Position numbers and translations under genes: made by a program. This document shows positions 11,901-20,565 of a DNA stretch of 64,000 nt, in pieces (position 1 is the stretch's first letter; every line of letters begins with the position of its first letter). A model generated the notes under the pieces. The model was given only the letters and a program-made list of their open reading frames with translations. It ran no database searches and was not told the DNA's origin. This stretch comes from Eledone cirrhosa (taxonomy: Eukaryota), in contig OZ024740.1 of assembly GCA_964016885.1 (NCBI GenBank), positions 433,628,001 through 433,692,000 on the forward strand, given 5' to 3'.

Positions 11901-13183
11901 GCAAGTATATCAATAAGGGGTCCGATGCTGCGTCCTTTGGTCTTACAATGGAGAACAACCGAGACGAAGTAACTCGATACCAGGTAGGCCGATACATCAG
12001 CAGCAATGAAGCATTCTGGCGATTCTTCCACTTTGCAATACACCATAACTACCCCCCAATCAAACAGTTGGAGGTGCACCTTGAAAACGGTCAAAGATTC
12101 TACTTCACCGCCTCCACCGCTGCTGAGATAGCAGAGGAACCCAAGGACACCACACTTACGGCATTTTTAAAGTTATGCCGAAACGATTCCTTCGCCAAGA
12201 CCATCTTCTACTCTCAGGTGCCATCATACTACACATGGAACACAGACAACAGAACTTGGTTAAGAAGGGTGAATGGACAACCCGTCGAGGGACATCCAGA
12301 CATTAAAATGTCCCCTACCCTTGGGAGAGTGTACACCATTCATCCTAACCAACAGGAATGCTTTTATCTCCGCCTTCTACTGCATGACGTGGTAGGACCG
12401 ACATCTTTCGACGATCTGAAAACAATCAACGGAGAGCTTTGTACTTCATTCCGCGCAGCCTGCCTTAGATGGGGTCTACTGGAAGATGGCGCTCAGTGGG
12501 ATGCGACATTGGCTGGGGCAGCTACAATACGCTCAGCGCGAACTCTTCGGCAACTCTTTGCGGTGCTACTGCAGACATGCGAGTTAAGCGACCCTGCATC
12601 CTTATGGGACAAATACAAAGAGGACCTTTCCGATAACTACATACACCAAGGACAACTGCTACTCCCTCATTCCTACGTACGACTCAGCGACGAATTCTTC
12701 AACAAAGTTCTCATTGACATCGAGGACAAAATCCTAACTGCCGGCGGAAATGACCTTCCATTCTATGGACTGCCAAAAGTTCAGCGAACGGGCTCCGACA
12801 AACTTCCGACGGGCATAATTCAGGAAACTTCCTACGACGTCCACGCCCTCAAACTGTTCATCAACGAAAACGAGCCGAAATTGTTGCAGGACCAACGGCA
12901 GGCGTATGACACAGTTTGCACTTCCATTCGTCAACGCAGAGGAGGTATCTACTTTTTGGACGCTCCAGGAGGAACTGGTAAAACATTCGTCAATAAACTC
13001 CTCCTCGCCAAAGTGCGACAACAGAAAGGAATCGCCCTGGCTGTGGCTTCTTCTGGCATTGCCGCAACTCTGCTGCCCGGAGGTAGGACAGCTCATTTCG
13101 CATTTAAACTGCCATTCAACACGAATTCAGACGACACAATAACCTGCAATAAACGCATGCGCAAAGAAGACAAAATAAAATAA
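8992..13183 (+). mobile_element. Helitron (rolling-circle transposon), 3'-truncated
   Basis: The 5' end A|TCTCTCTATATATAAAA followed by gtctgtctgtgtg is typical of animal Helitron 5' termini. A Rep-helicase coding region follows. No 3' hairpin plus CTRR was found. Confidence 0.88.
9903..13183 (+). pseudogene. Helitron Rep-helicase (HUH Rep plus N-terminal part of a PIF1-family helicase), frameshifted and truncated
   Basis: YNAAFQMTSFG..PTFKVQGQIYH..QLYF; Rep motifs GRPDLFITSTCNPKW, VE..KRGLPHAHLLIW (HUH) and KYVCKYINKG; helicase motifs FLDAPGGTGKTF and ASSGIAATLLPGGRTAH. The sequence breaks off near 13150. Confidence 0.95.
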
Positions 13184-13545
13184 ACAAATAAATAAATATA
13201 TAAACAGACTAAATAAAGATGGCGTAGAAAATACAATGCAACGGGAGGAAACAATAGCACCACTGACGCTGTTGCAGATGTGCAACGAAAGAACTGATAA
13301 ACTATAGATATGTGTTTGTGTCTATATTGTATCTGTATTATTTTTGACCGTTGGTCAGTCAATGGCAACATTGAGGACCGAACAAATTAGATTACCGATA
13401 TAAAAGACACAGAAGCGAAAAGCGAAAACCAACCAAACAGTGAGTGTGTTCTGTTATTAATTCTGGCAATATTACACAAATATGACCCTCCCCAAGTATA
13501 ACAATATTTGTTTCGACACACGATTTCATATAAAAAAGCTCGCAA

Positions 13546-13585
<40 letters not shown>

Positions 13586-13716
13586 GTGAGGTTTTTTTTA
13601 CAAAATGAAAAATAACCGAGGTGTCCTACACGAGTGAAAGTATAAAGAAAAAGAGATGAAATCGAAAATGCAACTGAAGTCTTATTTTTTTTTTAAATAT
13701 ATATATTTATTTGGTT

Positions 13717-13754
13717 CCTTTACCGGTTTCGCAGTTCTTCTGCTTTTCAAAAGG
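13717..13754 (-). ncRNA. Minimal type I hammerhead ribozyme (mirror copy of 13825-13862)
   Basis: Exact reverse complement within the palindrome. Confidence 0.7.
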
Positions 13755-13824
13755 TGAGTTGAGATGGAAGGTCTGTGGTTTTTCTCACATGTGAGAAAAA
13801 CCACAGACCCTCCATCTCAACTCA

Positions 13825-13862
13825 CCTTTTGAAAAGCAGAAGAACTGCGAAACCGGTAAAGG
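13825..13862 (+). ncRNA. Minimal type I hammerhead ribozyme with a U3-A8 variant core
   Basis: cctt-UUGAAAA-gcag(aagaa)cugc-GAAA-ccgg-UA-aagg: 4-bp helix I, 4-bp helix II and palindromic helix III ACCGGU. Confidence 0.75.
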
Positions 13863-13931
13863 AACCAAATAAATATATATATTTAAAAAAAAAATAAGAC
13901 TTCAGTTGCATTTTCGATTTCATCTCTTTTT

Positions 13932-13970
<39 letters not shown>

Positions 13971-14019
13971 ATATATATATATATATATACAAAACCTCGC
14001 AAAACTAATTCATCGCCGT

Positions 14020-14080
<61 letters not shown>

Positions 14081-14094
14081 GTGTGTATATATAT

Positions 14095-14662
14095 AAGTAT
14101 GTACACGTACATACATATATGTATACAGACGTACAGTAGTATGTATATATATATACATACATGCACACATATATATATATGTACGTATGGATTCACCGAA
14201 CATTTATTATAATGCTCGGTGTGTTTGTAAATATTTATATATACATACTACTGTACGTCTGTATACATATATGTATGTACGTGTACATACTTATATTTAA
14301 GTAACAGCCGTACTAAGAGTGAGAAATGAAATTTTGTTTCATTTTTTCCGTTTATCGTTTTCGGTGCACCCGGCCGATTAACCCACTCGATATGCAAATT
14401 GGGCTACTCAGCCGTTAATATGCATAAGGTAAGTATATACGTTCAACAATCTGGCAGGAAGGTATACGTTGCTGACGATAGCTAATAAGCTTGAAACTAG
14501 TACAGCGTTCCTTTGTCAGTGTTGAACAAACGAGCAACGATGGTTGCTAGACACTACGGCTTATTACGGGATGTTTGTTTACAAACACACCGAGCATTAT
14601 AATAAATGTTCGGTGAATCCATACGTACATATATATATGTGTGCATGTATGTATATATATAT
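14095..14662. mobile_element. HHR-containing PLE pseudo-LTR or retrozyme-like unit with an inverted, permuted partial copy
   Basis: 14095-14150 is the reverse complement of 14237-14294, and 14150-14230 is the reverse complement of about 14579-14660. An HHR lies at 14466. Confidence 0.7.
14466..14508 (+). ncRNA. Minimal type I hammerhead ribozyme
   Basis: acguug-CUGACGA-u agcu(aaua)agcu u-GAAA-cuag-UA-cagcgu: canonical core, 6-bp helix I and palindromic helix III ACUAGU. Confidence 0.88.
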
Positions 14663-14719
14663 ATATGTGTGTATATATACATATATATATATATATATGT
14701 GTGTGTATATATATATATA

Positions 14720-14750
<31 letters not shown>

Positions 14751-14860
14751 GTAATAATAATAAATTTGAAGACTAAAATCCAAAGAGGGCTCGATAAGGA
14801 TAAATATATATCAAATATATAAGAACCGTAGCGCAAATATTTATTAAAATAACAGATTAA

Positions 14861-14911
14861 AGTTTAAGCAAAGAATCGCTGCTTTCACCCTTAACGGGAT
14901 CTTCTGAAACT
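14861..14911 (-). ncRNA. Type I hammerhead-like motif with a U4A core deviation
   Basis: Minus strand: aguuu-CAGAAGA-u ccc(guuaa)ggg u-GAAA-gcag(cgauucu)uugc-UU-aaacu. All three helices can form. Confidence 0.6.
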
Positions 14912-14965
14912 AACAAAGTCAATCTGTAAACGCAGACGGAGGAAGACAGGAAGACGATACTTTGG

Positions 14966-15248
14966 TTCGTGGAAACGTTCCCTGGCAAAGAACGGGAAAA
15001 AAACGAATATAATACGTCATTAATAAGAGCGGTGAAAAACAATTACGCGCAAAGACAGAACCACGTTTATGGTATAAAAGAGGTCGTAGACTAATGTTCT
15101 CTTAGGTGGTTCATCGAGTCGTTCTCTGGCAATGAACGAAAAAAACGAAGATAATACGTCATATGTGGAGCGTGGAGAACAATTGCGCGCAAAGACAAAA
15201 CCACGTAAATGGTATAGCAGAAGTCGTAGACTAAAATTCTAACTAGGA
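14966..15248. repeat. Diverged ~142-bp tandem duplication in the PLE 3' region
   Basis: Copies at about 14966-15107 and 15110-15248 share cgttc..tggcaa.gaacg, ataatacgtcat, caatt.cgcgcaaagaca.aaccacgt..atggtata and gtcgtagactaa. Confidence 0.85.
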
Positions 15249-15824
15249 GACCGAATTAATCTCCGCTACAGAGTTAAGAACAAAGTAAATAAATACAATA
15301 CAGATGTAATAGAAATTAAATAAATACATACACGCATACAAATACGTACATACACAAGCATACGCGAAAACACTTACCATAGGTATACAAAACCACGCAC
15401 ATATAAATATGTGTGTGTGTGTGTATGCGTGTATACAAATAAATAAATAATTAAATAAACGTATATAAATAATAAATACGTATATAACAAGCGCACACAC
15501 ATACCTACATGTAAATACACAAATCTTCGGAGACGTATGTCAACCAAAACATGAAGTACACATATACACACACCCTACATACGTACGAACCTGCATACTC
15601 ACACAGACGCAAAACTCCCATCTACACATAACCAAACCAATGTACCAGAATATATTAAATTTTACGCCATAACATATACAATCAAATATACGTACGAGAA
15701 GGTATACGTACCTTCACAAAACATACAGGTAATATATACTTACCTATGCAAATAAGTAATGGTATAAACAAAACATATACTTAACTACCACATCAAGACG
15801 TAAAATATCCACGTATAGATCGTA

Positions 15825-16338
15825 CTATCCGTTAGGGTATAACGTGGGGCTGTAATACAGGAAAGTTTTGTGCAATTTATGTTTACAAGCCGAAATTGCC
15901 TCAGATTTTTTGTTTAAGATGTGGTCTGTGGCGTAGAGTATTTCCAGGGCCTCAGCGGCGCAGAGGTCACATGGTCTTTTATTTCCGTTATACGATCTAG
16001 CCCTAGCTAGGATCTCCCAGTGTAACTTATATTGGGTGTGGTTGTCTTTTAGACTCCAGATATAAGCTGAAAATGACGTCATATTCCTTCTTAGAGGGTA
16101 ACGAAAAGAATGGGTATGCATGTAAAGACGCTGCTTGAATCTATTGGCGGTTAACCCTATGTAGGCCCTACGGGACGTGGGTGTTACAACCTTACCTTTG
16201 TAGACAATGTTACTAGAGAGGCATTTCCCGGATAGAGGGCAATCAACCTGATTCCTACAATTACAGTTAGTACTAACTACAGGGTTGCACGTGTTCCTAC
16301 GGCTAGGTAGTTTAGCTAAATTTGAAGCTGTGATGTTA
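15825..16338 (-). pseudogene. PLE C-terminal GIY-YIG endonuclease (intact reading frame, RT missing)
   Basis: [51 protein letters not shown]. The N-terminal part of the track ORF is (TA)n noise. Confidence 0.9.
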
Positions 16339-16346
16339 TATATGTA

Positions 16347-16410
<64 letters not shown>

Positions 16411-16537
16411 CACATATATACATACATATACACATATATATACACATATATACACATATATATACACATATATATACATACATATACACATATATATACA
16501 CATATATATACATATACACATATATATACACATATAT

Positions 16538-17049
16538 ATGGTGGCTGCCAACTCGCTTTCGAGTACGGCCACTACTTTATATCCATATAGGAGAACCCCT
16601 ACCGATGCAGTGAACGAGTGTGACCCTTCAGCCCAGCCAGCGACCCGAAAACTCCGGCACAAACACTACACCCGTGACAAACATTGACACACAGTGCTGG
16701 GGCCATGGTATGCCTGTGCCGTGAAGCTTTTATAGCGAGCAAAGGCACTGCACAAAGCCAGTCCCACTCTCTTAACCAAGATGATATCTACCAAAAAGAA
16801 GAACAAGTCAACATCATTGGATACCATCAGGGTTGCAGGTGTTATATCAGAGTTTTCCTTCTCCTAGAATTCTGCCTTGACAAAGGCTAAGGGGTCATCT
16901 CTCCCGGTGATTTTGGATGGCCATTGACTCTTAAGAGCTCCTTTGCCCTTTGACAGGTCTTGTTTTTAGTCCTGCAGGATGTCCAAAGTCACCCTCCTCA
17001 CCAAGAAACCTTGGTGGGGTTGCCAGTTTAGTCGCCAACGACCCGACCA
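16538..17049 (-). mobile_element. Non-autonomous RTE-derived bipartite element, copy 1 (5'-truncated, with a small internal deletion)
   Basis: Closely similar to 18796-19405. It carries an RTE 5'-UTR-like motif (ctaggagaaggaaaactctg) and an RTE-like 3' hairpin tail. Confidence 0.75.
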
Positions 17050-17086
17050 TATATATACATATATACATACATATACAGATATATAT

Positions 17087-17133
<47 letters not shown>

Positions 17134-17232
17134 GTAATAATAATCTGTTATTTTAATAAATATATATACATATATACATACATATACACATATATATATC
17201 CATACATATATATATACATATATATATATATA

Positions 17233-17366
17233 TCATCATCATCATTTTACGTCCGCTTTTCCCTGCTTACAAGGGTGGGACGGAAACTGATTCTAGCTTG
17301 ATTTCTACAGCTGAGTAAACTGGAGCAATGTGAAATAAAGTGTCTTGTTCAAGGAAACAACACATC
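17233..17366 (-). mobile_element. SINE fragment (family B core plus (GAT)n tail)
   Basis: ggagcaatgtgaaataaagtgtcttgttcaagga matches the core at 34540-34578 (reverse complement) and at 34860-34890. Confidence 0.6.
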
Positions 17367-17485
17367 ACATATACATACATATATACATATACATACACAT
17401 ATACATACATACATATATTTATATACATACATATATACATACATATATATATATACATAATATATATATATACATACATATATAA

Positions 17486-17546
<61 letters not shown>

Positions 17547-17547
<1 letters not shown>

Positions 17548-17586
17548 GATGGCTGCCCCCTCGTTATCGAGTATGGCCATTGCACA
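17547..17586 (-). mobile_element. 3' terminal hairpin of an RTE/BovB-type LINE
   Basis: Minus strand tgcaatggccatactcgataacgagggggcagccatcat. It lies downstream of the RTE ORF that ends at 18052. Confidence 0.55.
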
Positions 17587-17632
17587 ATAAAAAAAAAAAT
17601 AAAAATAAAAAAAAAATAAAATAAAATAAAAA

Positions 17633-17727
<95 letters not shown>

Positions 17728-17736
17728 GGGGAAAAG

Positions 17737-17775
<39 letters not shown>

Positions 17776-17895
17776 TACATATATATATATATACACATAT
17801 ATATACACACACACATACATACACATACATACATATATACACACACACATACATACACATACACTCACACATATATACACACATACATTAATAAC

Positions 17896-17932
<37 letters not shown>

Positions 17933-18051
17933 GCAATAATAATAATAACGACAACAACAATAATAATATACATATTCATATATATATACACACACACGCA
18001 CGCACACAAGCATATCTACACACACACACACACACAAACACACGATAGCAA

Positions 18052-18655
18052 CTAACAGTGCTGCGATCGAATGTGGCTTTTTAGCCCAGCCAATGATCTA
18101 AAATGTCTTGCACAGAGTCGGCAACCAAAACATTTACTGGGAATAGTCGGCTGTGGTTGGAGTTCGTGTACTTTTGCATGTCGCTTGAGTCCTCCTGCTG
18201 ATTTACATTCTCTACCACATGTTTGGCAAGCATGATGAGTAGCATCTCCAACAGCAGCCTGGTAGTCAACCACTGGTCTTACTTTATGACTGCGAAGATG
18301 ACTTTCGAGTCCAGCTTTGCTTAGGCAGAGTCTCACACAGACGCTGCATGTCAGAAACATAGGAGGACCCTCGCCGTCTGGAAGTGCAACAGCAATACCC
18401 TTCCTCACGTACCGCTTTACTTTCTCGTGTGCGATTCGAGATGCCTCAAAGGCAACTTTTCCCTCATATACAGTCTTTCTCCATTTATTACGATCAGCAG
18501 CAATATTTTCCCATGTATCAGCAGAGATGTTAGCGTCTTTCAGAGAGGCTTTCAAGGAATCCTTATACCTCTTTTTTGGTTTATGTGGCGGTCGTTTTCC
18601 TTTAACCAACTCTCCATAGAAGAGTTGTTTTGGTATTCTAGAATCCTTCATCCAT
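18052..18655 (-). pseudogene. RTE-BovB LINE C-terminus with three C2H2 zinc fingers (5'-truncated)
   Basis: [18 protein letters not shown]...[15 protein letters not shown]....TWE.IAADR.KWR is the typical BovB C-terminus. Fingers: CSVC..H..H, CQTC..H..H and CRLC..H..H. Confidence 0.88.
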
Positions 18656-18666
18656 ACATATATACA

Positions 18667-18698
<32 letters not shown>

Positions 18699-18795
18699 CA
18701 CATATATATATATATACATATATATATATACATACACATATATATACATATATGCATATATGTATACATTCATATATACATACATATACATACAT

Positions 18796-19405
18796 ATGGT
18801 GGCTGCCAACTCGTTTTCGAGTACGGCCACTACTTTATATCCATGTAGGAGAACCCCTACCGAAGCGCTGAACGAATGTGACTTTTTAGTCCAGCCAGCG
18901 ACTTGAAAGCTCTGGTACAAACACTACACCTGTGACAATTATTGACACATAGTGCTGGGCCCATGATACCATGTGACGACAAGTGCAGAGAGATCACCAG
19001 ATATAAAGCAATGCCTGTGCTGTGAAGCTTTTATAGTGAGCAAATGCACTGCACAAAGCCAGTCCCACTCTCTTAACCAAGATAATATTTACCAAAAAGA
19101 AGAACAAGTCAACATCATTGATTACCATCAGGGTTGCAGGTGTTATATCAGAGTTTTCCTTCTCCTAGAATTCTGCCTTGACAAAGGCTAAGGGGTCATC
19201 TCTCCCGGTGATTTTGGATAGCCATTGACTCTTACGAGCTCCTTTGCCCTTTGACAGGTTTTGTTTTTAGTCCTGCAGGATGTCTAAAGTCACCCTCCTC
19301 ACCAAGAAACCTTGGTGGGGTTGCCAGTTTAGTCGCCAACAACCCGACCATGAGACAAGTTGTACTGGGATACATGTTACCAGTAGCACCAACTGGTGAC
19401 CTGAC
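18796..19405 (-). mobile_element. Non-autonomous RTE-derived bipartite element, copy 2
   Basis: Longer copy of 16538-17049, flanked by (TA/CA)n on both sides. Confidence 0.75.
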
Positions 19406-19558
19406 ATACATATACATACATGTATACATACATATATATATATATAAATACATACATACATATATATAAATACATACATACATATATATATAAATACATA
19501 CATACATATATAAATACATACATACGTATATATATAAATACATACATACATATATATG

Positions 19559-19610
<52 letters not shown>

Positions 19611-19733
19611 GGAGGTGAGTTTTATTGTAGTACAATAAAGCAATGCAGATATCGGATAAGAAGCACTCTACAGTTTGTAGGACTGGAGTATACATAATAT
19701 AAGATCAAAAGATGGTTAAAGGAGTTCCATGTA

Positions 19734-19800
19734 TTTTATTATGCGCATTTCAAAAACAAACATCATCATGCAATAATATTTGTGTTTTCATCAGATAAAA
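19734..19800 (-). ncRNA. Type I hammerhead ribozyme (mirror copy of 19917-19983)
   Basis: Reverse complement within the inverted repeat. Confidence 0.8.
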
Positions 19801-19916
19801 CAGGAGAACATGATATGAAGGCTAAAAAACACTTGTGGATAGTGCAGTTATATATATGTTGATTTAAAACTGCACTATCCACAAGTGTTTTTTAGCCTTC
19901 ATATCATGTTCTCCTG

Positions 19917-19983
19917 TTTTATCTGATGAAAACACAAATATTATTGCATGATGATGTTTGTTTTTGAAATGCGCATAATAAAA
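19917..19983 (+). ncRNA. Type I hammerhead ribozyme with a long helix II
   Basis: uuuuau-CUGAUGA-aaacacaaauauuauu(gcau)gaugauguuuguuuuu-GAAA-ugcgca-UA-auaaaa: canonical core and palindromic helix III AUGCGCAU. Confidence 0.88.
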
Positions 19984-20015
19984 TACATGGAACTCCTTTA
20001 ACCATCTTTTGATCT

Positions 20016-20059
<44 letters not shown>

Positions 20060-20100
20060 ATATTAAATAAATGGAAACTATATTTATAAAACGATATTTA

Positions 20101-20159
20101 TTTTATTATATATATTTCAAGGGTACCAAGACACATTGATACGCTTTCATCAGATAAAA
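20101..20159 (-). ncRNA. Type I hammerhead ribozyme in the inverted pseudo-LTR
   Basis: Minus strand: uuuuau-CUGAUGA-aagcguaucaa(uguguc)uugguacccuu-GAAA-uauaua-UA-auaaaa. Confidence 0.88.
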
Positions 20160-20565
20160 TGCAAAGTTTGTTTTATAAATAGAGACATACCCATGAAAAT
20201 CATACTTTATCGGTTGGAAATTCACTGGATAGTGGAAATATATTAGTGATTTTTCAAACTTATGTGTGAATATGCAAATTTATATGTAAATAATTAAAAA
20301 ACAACCGTTTATTTAAACGACTATGGAAAGAGAAGAGAGAAGAGATAGGAGCAGAGGATAAAATAGTGCGAGAGAGAGAGAGAGAGAGAGAGAAGAAAAA
20401 AACGAGAGGATGAATAAAACTCATATAACGTTAATTTGAGGGAAATATATTCTAATTATATATCTTAATAGTAAGTGTATTTACAATTATTAGTTGTTTA
20501 AAATTTGTTTATAATATAATATTTTTCTTCTGTTATAAGTAGACAAATAAATAAATAAATAAATA

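Larger units (their letters stand above)
13534..14007. mobile_element. Fold-back PLE-derived mini-insertion: (TA)n - 60 bp - 149-bp perfect palindrome - (TA)n, flanked by a 17-bp direct repeat
   Basis: Arms 13641-13789 and 13790-13938 are centred on cacatgtg with one mismatch. The flanking repeat aaaa[g/c]ctcgcaaaacta lies at 13534-13550 and 13991-14007. Confidence 0.85.
14752..16338 (-). mobile_element. 5'-truncated Penelope-like element (Naiad-type): GIY-YIG remnant plus 3' pseudo-LTR, flanked by (TA)n
   Basis: The endonuclease ORF at 15825-16338 is followed on the minus strand by ~1.1 kb of 3' sequence containing an HHR at 14861-14911. Confidence 0.85.
19608..20055. mobile_element. Fold-back PLE-derived mini-insertion: (TA)n - 85 bp - 156-bp inverted repeat - (TA)n
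   Basis: Arms 19694-19849 and 19868-20023 are apparently perfect reverse complements with an 18-nt spacer. Confidence 0.88.

Noticed and set aside
11219-13183. Intact host PIF1 helicase or functional Helitron transposase
   Set aside because: The HUH Rep motifs identify a Helitron. Upstream stops and frameshifts, plus loss of most helicase motifs, make it non-functional.
13500-14020. Additional minus-strand hammerhead split by the palindromic insertion (..gcgatga.. / ..cgaaac..)
   Set aside because: The core is non-canonical, and I could not build consistent helices I and III.
18052-18655. Host C2H2 zinc-finger gene exon
   Set aside because: The fingers are fused to a typical RTE-BovB C-terminus and lack TGEKP linkers.
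13934-19695. Numerous YIYI/ICVC ORFs
   Set aside because: Translations of (TA)n, (CA)n and (TACA)n microsatellites.
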